A stretch of 63,360 nucleotides of DNA, counting the filler, from Octopus bimaculoides (taxonomy: Eukaryota), in NCBI RefSeq assembly GCF_001194135.2. It is 8 parts of 6 records of this genome, joined end to end, with 100 filler letters (N's around TTAATTAATTAA, not from the genome) between each part and the next. Parts side by side here need not be neighbours in the genome. Positions count along the whole stretch, not along the records: positions 9,625 to 37,073 come from NC_068981.1; positions 37,174 to 51,255 come from NC_068986.1; 6 more parts are not named here. The stretch is one strand, 5' to 3'. Below the pieces are notes generated by a model. The model was given only the letters and a program-made list of their open reading frames with translations. It did not search any database and was not told the DNA's origin. Below, in pieces: positions 36,456 to 48,740 of this stretch (the first letter of the stretch is position 1; each line of letters opens with the position of its first letter). Both the position numbers and the translations under genes were made by a program.

Positions 36456-36662
36456 TTGAAAACTGCAATTTTTACAGAACCTATGTGAAAAACCTGGTCG
36501 GTTTCTCGCATTACCCGGGAGCTCTGGGCAAAATGTTATAGTCCGTGACCATCCGTGGCACATAAGTAATGTGAATGTAAAGTTTGGTGAAAATAGGTTG
36601 AAAACCGTTGAAATTCATACATACTACACACACACACACATTCTTTGTTTTATATATATAGA
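36455..36662 (-). mobile_element. Helitron-like 5' terminal fragment
   Basis: The minus strand begins A|TCTATATATATAAAA. The internal AAAGTTTGGTGAAAAT..GTTGAAAACCG segment next to a short microsatellite is typical of non-autonomous Helitrons. Confidence 0.45.
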
Positions 36663-37041
36663 TAAAATCGTCCCGATGATCTCTTGCTGTATAATATAAA
36701 ACACGATAAATATCGCGCCACTATCATTATTCCATTCAGAAGGTGACGCCGAAAAAATACTGAAATGCTAATGGAGTTTATGACATCATTGTTCGAAATT
36801 AAAGAGACAGAACCAATAAAAGAATATTAAAATACTAATGAATAAAACAGATTAAGCCCCCAACACATCTTGATATAAAATGTTTGAAAGAAAAACCGCA
36901 ATATTTATAAACGTGCTTGTGTAAGTGTTCGAGACATGTTTACAAATATTAACATTGAAATTATAGGCACTTTATTCTTGTCATGTTGTCTTCAATTTCC
37001 CATAACCCTCCCTCTCCCCTCTTTCTCTCTCTCTCTCTCTC

Positions 37042-37073
<32 letters not shown>

Positions 37074-37173
37074 NNNNNNNNNNNNNNNNNNNNNNNNNNN
37101 NNNNNNNNNNNNNNNNNTTAATTAATTAANNNNNNNNNNNNNNNNNNNNNNNNNNNNNNNNNNNNNNNNNNNN
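37074..37173. other. artificial assembly spacer 44N-TTAATTAATTAA-44N
   Basis: Identical 100-bp structure. Confidence 0.95.
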
Positions 37174-37396
37174 GTCAAATGGGGAGCATGGTTCGTATTG
37201 GAATGTTGTCTGGTCATTCTGCCGATGATAGTCCGACCTTTGTGAGATATATAACTTTTATCTTACTAAAATTGACTTGAAACCATGGTACAGAATATAG
37301 ATTGGTAAATGTTTTTATTTTTCATCCCCTTTCGAAATTATCCCTACTTTTTGTGGTATGTAGTCTTGCTGCTATTTCTAGCGGGTTAGATGTCCT

Positions 37397-37441
<45 letters not shown>

Positions 37442-38215
37442 TATATGTTTACACGCTTATTTGTATGTATGTACTCGCTGTTGTTTATGCACTTGCATAC
37501 ACATGAATAACGCTTTACACCATGCACTTACTCCTTTATGCCACATGCGTGCGCGCACACAAACACTGTTTTACATCATCCCAAATACGCTTTCGCATTA
37601 CCCATCTAACAATTAGGCATACGTACACCAACTTCCGATAACCCGATAAACTAACTTGCACCATACTTGCACACAGTCATATATCCATCACATTAACGCG
37701 CGCGCACGCACGCACGCACACACTATGCGCGCGCAGACCATACCCTTTATGTGCCTTTGAAACAGGGATACACTCTGATTCATTCATCTACGCATCCAGC
37801 CCTCTCTTCTAAACACTCCCCGCAGAACATCATCCATCTACTTTGTAACCCTTCACCTTCCACCCGCATCCTTTCCCTTTTTTATACACTTACTATTTCT
37901 CTATCTCACTTTACCTATGCTTCTTATTTTCTGAAGACGGACTAACAACCGAAGCATTAAGAAACTCTCTTAGTAATATCATGTTTGTCAAACTGTTCTT
38001 CCTAAATTTTTTAATATCTCTTGTATTATATATGATGACAGATACGCTGTGCCGGCACCACTGACGGTAAAAATTAAGTCTGTCTCTTTTATAGAGTTCA
38101 TTCATAAAAGATATGAACACATTTATAACAGTTAATCACATAGCTATAGAGTATAAAGAAAGGAAGAGTAAAAGATTGGGTCACTTGTCTTTATTCAGTG
38201 TCTTAAGAAATTACA

Positions 38216-38352
38216 GGAGGCGCAATGGCCCAGTGGTTAGGGCAGCGAACTCGCGGTTATAGTATCGCGGTTTCGATTCCCAGACCGGGCGTTGTGAGTG
38301 TTTATTGAGCGAAAACACCTAAAGCTCCACGAGGCTCCGGCAGGGGATGGTT
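38216..38352 (+). mobile_element. tRNA-derived SINE head (family B-related)
   Basis: GGAGGCGCAATGGCCCAGTGGTTAGGGCAGCG...GGTTTCGATTCCCAGACC carries clear A and B boxes. Confidence 0.75.
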
Positions 38353-38392
38353 GAACTTACAATAGATAGTCAGATATATTTAGTATGTAGGT

Positions 38393-38460
38393 GTGAAATG
38401 TGTGTACGTATGTGTGCATATCGCTGTGAAATGTGTGTACGTATGTGTGCATATCGCTGT
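38393..38460. repeat. 33-bp tandem duplication
   Basis: GTGAAATGTGTGTACGTATGTGTGCATATCGCT occurs twice. Confidence 0.9.
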
Positions 38461-38496
<36 letters not shown>

Positions 38497-38979
38497 CGTG
38501 TGGGCGTGTGATTAGTGTCACGTATGAAGGCGTTAAAGGATATTTGAAGGATGAGAGNNNNNNNNNNNNNNNNNNNNNNNNNNNNNNNNNNNNNNNNNNN
38601 NNNNNNNNNNNNNNNNNNNNNNNNNNNNNNNNNNNNNNNNNNNNNNNNNNNNNNNNNNNNNNNNNNNNNNNNNNNNNNNNNNNNNNNNNNNNNNNNNNNN
38701 NNNNNNNNNNNNNNNNNNNNNNNNNNNNNNNNNNNNNNNNNNNNNNNNNNNNNNNNNNNNNNNNNNNNNNNNNNNNNNNNNNNNNNNNNNNNNNNNNNNN
38801 NNNNNNNNNNNNNNNNNNNNNNNNNNNNNNNNNNNNNNNNNNNNNNNNNNNNNNNNNNNNNNNNNNNNNNNNNNNNNNNNNNNNNNNNNNNNNNNNNNNN
38901 NNNNNNNNNNNNNNNNNNNNNNNNNNNNNNNNNNNNNNNNNNNNNNNNNNNNNNNNNNNNNNNNNNNNNNNNNNNNNNN

Positions 38980-39922
38980 GTAGTAGTAGTAGTAGTAGTA
39001 GTAGTTATGGAACTGGGATCGGTGATCAATACCTGTCGACAGGAAGGATGGTGGTGGTGGTGGTGGTGGTGGTGGTGGTGATGTGGTGCTGATGGTGGTG
39101 GTGGTGGTGGTGGTAGTGGTCATGGTCGTCGTCGTCGTCGTCGTAGTCTGATTGTTGTACTACTACTGCTGCTACTGCAGCTGCTGCTGCTGCAGCTACT
39201 GTTACTACTATTACTATTACTACTACTACCACCACCACTACCACCACCATAACCACATGTTTGATGGTATTTGTGATCGGTGGTTGGGGATTGAGGTGGG
39301 AGGGAGAGACTGCTCTCATTGCGGCCAATGTTACGTTGAAAAGCTCAATTAAATCAAAGTGAAAATAAAATCCAATTAAGCGTGTTGTTAATTGATATTC
39401 CAGTGATAGATTCGGTGAGGAATTAGCGTCTCTTCGAAAATGGTTTCCCGTTTTGGAAAGAAAGAAAAATTAAAATCTCAAAATAAAATTTTTAAAAAAA
39501 CAAAATAGAAATATAGAAAAAATACAAAAGTTACATCAATAACAACTACGGGAATATCAGCAACAACAATGGAAGCAATAATAGCCACAACAACAATAAC
39601 AATAACAACAACAACAATAACAACAACAACAACGAAAACAGCAACAATAAAAATAGCAAGAGGAATAGCGATAACAAAGTTAATAGCAATAAAACATCAA
39701 CAACTGGAATGCTGCCACCACCACCGCCACCACCGCCACCACCGCCACCATCACCACCATCACCACCATTACCACCAGCATCAACAACAAAAACAACAAC
39801 AAACACAACGATGCAATAACAAAGACAAAAACAAATCGATTGAACTTTTATGATATTTGTCAGGAAAAGACAAAAGAAAAACAAACGGAAAGTAACGGGA
39901 AAAAAGTTTGGAATTAGACGTC

Positions 39923-39977
<55 letters not shown>

Positions 39978-39978
39978 G

Positions 39979-40031
<53 letters not shown>

Positions 40032-40040
40032 GTTATGATG
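38980..40040. repeat. trinucleotide repeat field (GTA, GGT, GTC, GCT, ACT, ACC, ACA, AAT, GAT)
   Basis: Directly visible. Confidence 0.9.
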
Positions 40041-40525
40041 ATGACAAATAAAATATAAACGGAATTTATTACATTTATAACTTTTGTTTTTAATTGCTAA
40101 TTTTTCGAAAGGTCTTTTGGTGTTGTTTTATATAGATTTTATTTCATTTTATTTTATTTTATTCTATTTCATTTTATTTTATTTTATTGTTAACCAAAAA
40201 TCCATTGCTTGCCGTTCAGATAATTCAAACATAACCAAGAGATCGGTAGAAGCTGCTTGGCTTTAAAACAGTTCTTATTAACAGACTTTCTGACCAGAAA
40301 TAGCTGCAATATCATTCCTACAGTCGACGGTGCATCTGCATGGCTGCTCGACCTTCAGGAAATAACAATCATATCTCCCTTAAATGACTCCCCCTCCAGC
40401 CGTCCCTCCGTCTCGAAAACAGTGGAGTGGGTGACATCAGATGAAGCAGTAATAGCTTTATATATGCAACGCCCAAAAGAAAAGTGGCTTCCCCAGGCCT
40501 GAAATGTCACCTCGGGAACGTATCA

Positions 40526-41036
40526 CTCTTTTACTCTTTTACTTGTTTCAGTCATTTGACTGTGGCCATGCTGGAGCACCGCCTTCAGTCTAGCAAATCG
40601 ACCCCAGGACTTATTCTTTGGAAGCCTAGTACTTATTCTATCGGTCTCTTTTGCCGAACCGCTAAGTTACGGGGACGTAAACACACCAGCATCGGTTGTC
40701 AAGCGATGTTGGGGGGACAAACAGNNNNNNNNNNAGCCTAGTACTTATTCTATCGGTCTCTTTTGCCGAACCGCTAAGTTACGGGGACGTAAACACACCA
40801 GCATCGGTTGTCAAGCGATGTTGGGGGGACAAACAGACACACACACATACATATATATGTATATACATATATACGACGGGCTTCTTTCAGTTTCCGTCTA
40901 CCAAATCCACTCACAAAGCTTTGGTCGGCCCGAGGCATTAGTTGAAGACACTTGCCTAAGGTGCTACGCAGTGGGACTGAACCCGGAACCATGTAGTTGG
41001 TAAGCAAGCTACTTACCACACAGCCACTCCTACGCC
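40526..41036 (-). mobile_element. family A SINE, full length, with gap-flanking duplication
   Basis: The tail to head is complete. 40624-40724 is repeated at 40735-40835 across a 10-N gap. Confidence 0.9.
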
Positions 41037-41094
41037 TATTAGAAACAAATTCAAATTATATTTCACCTGTCTTTGAATACCAATATGGAAGATG

Positions 41095-41755
41095 CGAGAG
41101 GGTGCTGAACAGTTCCTGGTCTTGGGTAAAAGAATGTACATGAGGATCAACATATTCTCCTTTCAGGTTCACAAGCTTATTGCCGCGGTCTCTGAGTTTT
41201 TCTAAGAGCAGACCTCCAGCCAGACCGCTGTAACAGCGATCACTTCCGAATTGGAGTAAAATTTCGTTTCCTTGAGATGTTTCTTCAGTTGTGGAAAGAG
41301 GTGATAGTCGGAGGGGGCCAAGTCAGGAGCGTAAGTTGGGTTGTCTACCAGTTCTAGGCTACAGTCGCGTATTTTCCGTAGTTTCATGTGCTGTGCGTGT
41401 TGGCAATTCCTGCAAAAACAGGACACACGGCTCAACTTCCCAAGACGTTTCTGCTTCAAAGCTTCACGCAGTTACTCCAACAGACATGGTGGTGCGACTC
41501 TTTCGCAGGTATTTCATGAGGGGTATTCTTTCTTTGACCCAGAACATTGAAGACTGAATCTTTCCAGCTGATTTCTGAGTCCGAAACATCTTGGGACGCA
41601 ATGAACTGCTGTAGCACTACTTCATTGATTCTTTCTTGGTCTGGAGATCATAATGATGAAGCAAAGGTTCGTTCATGGTGAATAAAAAGGCCATAAAATC
41701 AGCCGCTTCCGCTGCAGACCGGTCCAAAATCACCGTATAAGGACAGGTACTGGCC
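41095..41755 (-). mobile_element. mariner 3' half with TIR (irritans-like), decayed
   Basis: HHYDLQTKKESMK*..PKMFRTQKSAGK, PTYAPDLAPSDYHLFPQLKKHL, NKLVNLKGEYVD. The TIR is CGAGAGGGTGCTGAACAGTTCCTGG. Confidence 0.85.
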
Positions 41756-41809
41756 GATTCTATTTGTGGTCAATGGGGCCGACGGACTGACATAAAGCTG
41801 TTGCTGCCG

Positions 41810-41846
<37 letters not shown>

Positions 41847-42163
41847 CGCTGTAATACTGCTGCTGCTAAAAAACCACGGTATCAACGAAATCACTCGGCC
41901 ATGATCGACGGTAATTTCTTCACGAATGCCACTTCAAAATATTTCCTTCAAATATATATATATGTATATACATATGTATGTATGTACGCATGTAGGTATG
42001 TGTGTATGTATGTATGTATGTATGTATGTATGTATGTATGTATGTGTGTATGTTGTACGCATTTATGTACGTATGTATGTTTATGTATGTATGTATGTAT
42101 GTATGTATGTATGTATGTATGTATGTATGTGTGTGCGTATGTATGTATGTATGTATGTATATC

Positions 42164-42264
42164 ACTATTCAGTTTTATTTCAAGATTTCTTGCTGATAGA
42201 GAAAGAGCCAGTTTCTAACCTAGATCCAAGGCTCCTTCATCGGAATTTCAACATCAACAGGGTA

Positions 42265-42266
<2 letters not shown>
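42164..42266 (-). repeat. ~105-bp dispersed module (copy 3 of 3) with (ATAC)n tail
   Basis: The reverse complement is AATACCCTGTTGATGTTGAAATTCCGATGAAGGAGCCTTGGATCTAGGTTAGAAAC..AAACTGAATAGTGAT followed by (ATAC)n. Confidence 0.8.
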
Positions 42267-42307
<41 letters not shown>

Positions 42308-42329
42308 CATACACGTGAACTCACTCAAA

Positions 42330-42530
42330 ACACGCTCCGACCATTGGCTACAACGCTTTGTCTTTCCTGCTGGCATTCCAGTGTGCTTTTTCTCAGAACT
42401 GGATGATCTCGTGTCATCTCGACTCAGCCATTGCCGTACACTTGTTTGTCCTTCTCTTGTCATTCATATTTTATCCAACCTCCCACATCAGTTACCAACT
42501 GGTACGTTCAGTCCTTCCTCTCAAGAACGT
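42330..42530 (-). mobile_element. RTE-clade LINE C-terminal fragment
   Basis: Minus strand W*LMWEVG*NMNDKRRTNKCT...HWNASRKDKAL resembles KW.WAGHVARM.D.RWT.K..W...A.DR..W. Confidence 0.45.
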
Positions 42531-42791
42531 TGGTGCTCTTGCATGTCTGTACTACGGTCACATGGAAAATTAACGGCAGCAATCTACGGTTTCGGAGGGT
42601 CAGTGAAGTTTCACGGGCACAGCTGTTCCTGCAGACTACCCTACCACCCAAAAACAGAAAAAAACAGTGGACCCTGGTAGCAACTGAAATTTCCTTAAGG
42701 TCACTGATTTAGAGCGAAGTAGCAGCAGCGGCAACAATAAGAACAACAATGACGACAACCTCGACTTCAGCCATCATTAAAAAAATCCAAT

Positions 42792-42831
<40 letters not shown>

Positions 42832-42879
42832 ACACACACACACACACAGACACACACACACACACACATGCTCATACAC

Positions 42880-43139
42880 GTGATCACGTGACCGACCAGA
42901 CTGTTAGATAATGCTGCACATCGTTAGTCACAGTGCCCTTTGCGTCGTTTTAGTCTTCGAAAGACTCCACTCTGTTGTTTGGTGAGCAGGCCAGCATTTC
43001 GCCCTGATCGAAAGGGGAACTGGAGCAACGTAAAATTAAGTGTTTTACCGGAGAACCCAACGTGCCACTCGGTCTGGGAATCGAAACCACGATATAGTGA
43101 TTGCGAGTGCAACACCCTAACCACTAAACCACGCGTCTT
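42880..43139 (-). mobile_element. tRNA-derived SINE (family B-related)
   Basis: The reverse-complement head is AAGACGCGTGGTTTAGTGGTTAGGGTGTTGCAC..GGTTTCGATTCCCAGACC, followed by AAAACACTTAATTTTACGTTGCTCCAGT. Confidence 0.75.
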
Positions 43140-44369
43140 CATACACACTCATACAGAAATACACAACAACTCGCACACCTCCACACACGTATCCATCTTT
43201 GTCCGCCTTAGCGACCAGGACCATTTATTCACCCATAAGGATGACTGATGACTTGCGCGGTGTCTATGTTTAAAGTGAGAAGAGTTTACACACCGTCAAC
43301 ATCACTCTCACGCCCGTGTCTGTCTTCACTCTAGTAATGAAATGGATGGGGATGGAGTCGGACACAGTGGATGACCAAGATGTCTTGCTTGCCTCATTTT
43401 GCTCTCTGCACTCCACAATACGTTACTGCAGCTGCGTTCCCCTCTGTTGAACCATGAAGGCTTCTTCAGCAGAATCTACGGATTCCAGTCTCCCTAATAT
43501 GTTGATTAACCTATAGCTGGGGCCCTGACAGGGGTTACTACTCCGGGTCAAAGTAGACTTGGAGGCAGTAATAGTTACGGAATGGTTGGATTTTTCTGAA
43601 TTGACGGGCACCATGTAGTGTTTTTGGTACCGAAACACTTTCAAACTTCGTATACTTGTATATTTTGTGTTATAGAACAGATAAAAAATTTTGTATTCGA
43701 CGTTATTTCATGTAAAAAATTGTCGTATTTAGGTAATTTCAACCAATCACTGACGTCTATTGAGGTGAAAACAATTACTACTATGGAATATAAACAACAT
43801 GTTCTAACGGTGTCATGGGATCTTTTCTCTTGAATAAAATTAGTGCCGTTGTTTGTCAACAACAACTATCGGCGGTACTGTTATTTATAACATTGTTCGT
43901 GCGTTTGTACTGGTTTTAGCTTTCGGGTTTTAGGGTTAGGGTTCGGGCTTTAGAGTTGGGGTTANNNNNNNNNNNNNNNNNNNNNNNNNNNNNNNNNNNN
44001 NNNNNNNNNNNNNNNNNNNNNNNNNNNNNNNNNNNNNNNNNNNNNNNNNNNNNNNNNNNNNNNNNNNNNNNNNNNNNNNNNNNNNNNNNNNNNNNNNNNN
44101 NNNNNNNNNNNNNNNNNNNNNNNNNNNNNNNNNNNNNNNNNNNNNNNNNNNNNNNNNNNNNNNNNNNNNNNNNNNNNNNNNNNNNNNNNNNNNNNNNNNN
44201 NNNNNNNNNNNNNNNNNNNNNNNNNNNNNNNNNNNNNNNNNNNNNNNNNNNNNNNNNNNNNNNNNNNNNNNNNNNNNNNNNNNNNNNNNNNNNNNNNNNN
44301 NNNNNNNNNNNNNNNNNNNNNNNNNNNNNNNNNNNNNNNNNNNNNNNNNNNNNNNNNNNNNNNNNNNNN

Positions 44370-44440
44370 CACACATATACGCACCCACACACACATATAC
44401 GCACCCACACACACATATACGCACCCACACACACATATAC
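44370..44440. repeat. 20-bp minisatellite (CACACACATATACGCACCCA)n next to gap
   Basis: About three units are visible. Confidence 0.85.
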
Positions 44441-45002
44441 ACATATACAACAGGCAAAGCGTTCCGTTCCACCTCCGTATTTCCTACAAACGTAAAATAA
44501 ACATTATCTCACCGAACCTCGTTATAATTTGCACCTCCCAGACGTCGTTCACACGATTTAGACCTGCTTCAAACCCGTATAAACACTATCCAGCCCTCAT
44601 GGCAGCACGACTAACCTCAACTCCAAATGATTCAACTTACCTACCATCCTTGGCCACACCCAAATACTTCATTTCTCAGCCTCTTTGCTTTAACTTCTCC
44701 ATCAGTCAGTCCCGCTCATTCTGTCCCTGTCAGTCTCTTATTCACACTGTCTCTGTCTATCTTTCTCTTCTATCAACAGCCTATCTATTTCTCTGCCTGT
44801 CTCTCTTTTTCTTCTTTCTCCCCCCCCTCTTTCCCTCTCGCTGTCTATGTTTCTATTTATCCATCCATCTAGCTATTTATCTCTGTCTGCCTCTATCCCT
44901 TCTCTCTCTCCTTCTCTCTCTCTCTATCCATCTATCTATCTATCTATCTATCAATTCATTCATCTAGTTATTTACCCTTGTTTCTTTCTCCTTCTCTCTC
45001 TC

Positions 45003-45041
<39 letters not shown>

Positions 45042-45995
45042 NNNNNNNNNNNNNNNNNNNNNNNNNNNNNNNNNNNNNNNNNNNNNNNNNNNNNNNNNNN
45101 NNNNNNNNNNNNNNNNNNNNNNNNNNNNNNNNNNNNNNNNNNNNNNNNNNNNNNNNNNNNNNNNNNNNNNNNNNNNNNNNNNNNNNNNNNNNNNNNNNNN
45201 NNNNNNNNNNNNNNNNNNNNNNNNNNNNNNNNNNNNNNNNNNNNNNNNNNNNNNNNNNNNNNNNNNNNNNNNNNNNNNNNNNNNNNNNNNNNNNNNNNNN
45301 NNNNNNNNNNNNNNNNNNNNNNNNNNNNNNNNNNNNNNNNNNNNNNNNNNNNNNNNNNNNNNNNNNNNNNNNNNNNNNNNNNNNNNNNNNNNNNNNNNNN
45401 NNNNNNNNNNNNNNNNNNNNNNNNNNNNNNNNNNNNNNNNNNNNNNNNNNNNNNNNNNNNNNNNNNNNNNNNNNNNNNNNNNNNNNNNNNNNNNNNNNNN
45501 NNNNNNNNNNNNNNNNNNNNNNNNNNNNNNNNNNNNNNNNNNNNNNNNNNNNNNNNNNNNNNNNNNNNNNNNNNNNNNNNNNNNNNNNNNNNNNNNNNNN
45601 NNNNNNNNNNNNNNNNNNNNNNNNNNNNNNNNNNNNNNNNNNNNNNNNNNNNNNNNNNNNNNNNNNNNNNNNNNNNNNNNNNNNNNNNNNNNNNNNNNNN
45701 NNNNNNNNNNNNNNNNNNNNNNNNNNNNNNNNNNNNNNNNNNNNNNNNNNNNNNNNNNNNNNNNNNNNNNNNNNNNNNNNNNNNNNNNNNNNNNNNNNNN
45801 NNNNNNNNNNNNNNNNNNNNNNNNNNNNNNNNNNNNNNNNNNNNNNNNNNNNNNNNNNNNNNNNNNNNNNNNNNNNNNNNNNNNNNNNNNNNNNNNNNNN
45901 NNNNNNNNNNNNNNNNNNNNNNNNNNNNNNNNNNNNNNNNNNNNNNNNNNNNNNNNNNNNNNNNNNNNNNNNNNNNNNNNNNNNNNNNNNNNNNN

Positions 45996-46028
<33 letters not shown>

Positions 46029-46476
46029 GCGCCTTACCAACGTCATCACCTCGTGTCAAACGATAGCGGTTTGACAGAACACAACTTCCGTATTTCACCT
46101 TCTGGCGGAGAACGTCGTTGTTGATTTGCCATCGTTTTCATCTTAATTCTTTCTGACAGGCGTTTTCAACCCGCAAGCAGTGTCAGCCAAGTAGAGGCGC
46201 TAAAACAATCTAATCGCCTATATACATATGTGTATGCATGCGTTTACACGTGGCTATTCGGGTCTTAATGCATTTATGGGCTTGTCTATGTATGTGTGTA
46301 TGTATGTACATATCATACGTATTTATATCAGTTCCTGTTTTATGCATATGAAAACTGCGTGTGTGTATGTGTGTGTTTGTGCGTGTGTGTGTGTGCTGGT
46401 CTGTGTGTACGCGCGCTTCTGTAAATATGTGTATATAAGCGTATGTGTGTGTGTGTGTGTGTGAGTNNNNNNNNNN

Positions 46477-46523
<47 letters not shown>

Positions 46524-46712
46524 CATATAACTTACTACGTACTCATATTTGTGCATGTATATATCTGTGAATACATGTTTTTATGGTTGTATATTCATAT
46601 AAGATTGTGTGTGTGTGTGTGTGCGTATGAATGTATGTCGAGACATACGTTATGCGTTTCCGTGAATATGTTGTGTGTGTGTGGATGAGTGTTGTATGTG
46701 TGTGTCTTTGTT

Positions 46713-46748
<36 letters not shown>

Positions 46749-47295
46749 CTCATTTGTGAACTAATTTCTGTAGATTTATGACACATTGTTTATAATTATT
46801 TTATTTGTCTGCATCTGTCAAAAATAAACTTATGCGGGTGTCTCTGCGTAAATACATGTATGTATATACGTGTGTGTGTGGGTATGTGTGTGTGTGTTTA
46901 TATACATATATATATACACACACACGCACACACACACATATATATATGCCTACACATATCTGTCTATGCATCAACATAAGATATATACATATACACACAC
47001 AAGCATATGTATATATATGTATGTTTGTATGCATGTGTATGTACATGTATATATATATGTATGTATGTGTGTGTGCGTGTGTGTGTGTGTGTGTTTGTAC
47101 ATGTATGTATGTATGTATGTATGTATGTATGTATGAAGCTATAAAAAATGCATTTATGGACGCCATGACTATCGAAGCGAATATCTTACATAAACGCATT
47201 CCTTTATGTCAGTTCCCTAACTTTCAAAGTGTGTATCTGTTTATATAAATACATATATATATATGTTGCTAAGCATATAATCAAAGTCCAAATAA

Positions 47296-47328
<33 letters not shown>

Positions 47329-48051
47329 TGTGTGTGTGTNNNNNNNNNNNNNNNNNNNNNNNNNNNNNNNNNNNNNNNNNNNNNNNNNNNNNNNNNNNNN
47401 NNNNNNNNNNNNNNNNNNNNNNNNNNNNNNNNNNNNNNNNNNNNNNNNNNNNNNNNNNNNNNNNNNNNNNNNNNNNNNNNNNNNNNNNNNNNNNNNNNNN
47501 NNNNNNNNNNNNNNNNNNNNNNNNNNNNNNNNNNNNNNNNNNNNNNNNNNNNNNNNNNNNNNNNNNNNNNNNNNNNNNNNNNNNNNNNNNNNNNNNNNNN
47601 NNNNNNNNNNNNNNNNNNNNNNNNNNNNNNNNNNNNNNNNNNNNNNNNNNNNNNNNNNNNNNNNNNNNNNNNNNNNNNNNNNNNNNNNNNNNNNNNNNNN
47701 NNNNNNNNNNNNNNNNNNNNNNNNNNNNNNNNNNNNNNNNNNNNNNNNNNNNNNNNNNNNNNNNNNNNNNNNNNNNNNNNNNNNNNNNNNNNNNNNNNNN
47801 NNNNNNNNNNNNNNNNNNNNNNNNNNNNNNNNNNNNNNNNNNNNNNNNNNNNNNNNNNNNNNNNNNNNNNNNNNNNNNNNNNNNNNNNNNNNNNNNNNNN
47901 NNNNNNNNNNNNNNNNNNNNNNNNNNNNNNNNNNNNNNNNNNNNNNNNNNNNNNNNNNNNNNNNNNNNNNNNNNNNNNNNNNNNNNNNNNNNNNNNNNNN
48001 NNNNNNNNNNNNNNNNNNNNNNNNNNNNNNNNNNNNNNNNNNNNNNNNNNN

Positions 48052-48373
48052 ATTCTTTGGAAGCCTAGTACTTATTCTATCGGTCTCTTTTGCCGAACCG
48101 CTAGGTTACGGGGACATAAACACACCAGCATCGGTTGTCAAGCGATATTGGGGGGACAAACACAGACATACAAACACATACATACATATATATATATATA
48201 TATACATATATACATATATACGACGGGCTTCTTTCAGTTTCCGTCTATGAAATCCACTCACAAGGCTTTGGTCGGCCCGAGGCTATAGTAGAAGACACTT
48301 GCCCAAGATGCCACGCAGTGGGACTGAACTCGGGACCATGTAGTTGGTAAGCAAGCTACTTATCACACAGCCA
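48052..48373 (-). mobile_element. family A SINE, tail lost in gap
   Basis: Close match to the other family A copies. Confidence 0.9.
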
Positions 48374-48517
48374 ATTATACACTTATATATACATACACAC
48401 CTACACACATATATGGATATATACATATGCATACATATATATATACATACTTATTTATACATATCTTATATATATTTATATACATACATGTAAGTACATA
48501 TATAAATAGATAGATTA

Positions 48518-48563
<46 letters not shown>

Positions 48564-48569
48564 AAATAG

Positions 48570-48740
48570 GGTACGTTTTGAGCAGTATTTCTTTCACGTC
48601 ATTGCCTGCATGTGCAGTAAAGTGCCTTGCGTTACCATGAAGTAGAATGGCAGTTGCCTTGTTAACGACTGCTTTGGAGAGTGAAAGATCTTCTCTCTGG
48701 GCAGGTGGTTTGCTTTTAGATATTGCAAGTGTGCGCTTGG
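48570..48740 (-). mobile_element. short mariner transposase fragment
   Basis: Minus strand ILLHGNARHFTAHAGNDVKEILLK resembles ILLHDNARPHTA. Confidence 0.5.

Noticed and set aside
37937-38064. Signal-peptide-like MFVKLFFLNFLISLVLYMM and nearby splice-like sites
   Set aside because: It stops after 28 codons with no usable donor before the stop. AT-rich DNA gives such peptides by chance.
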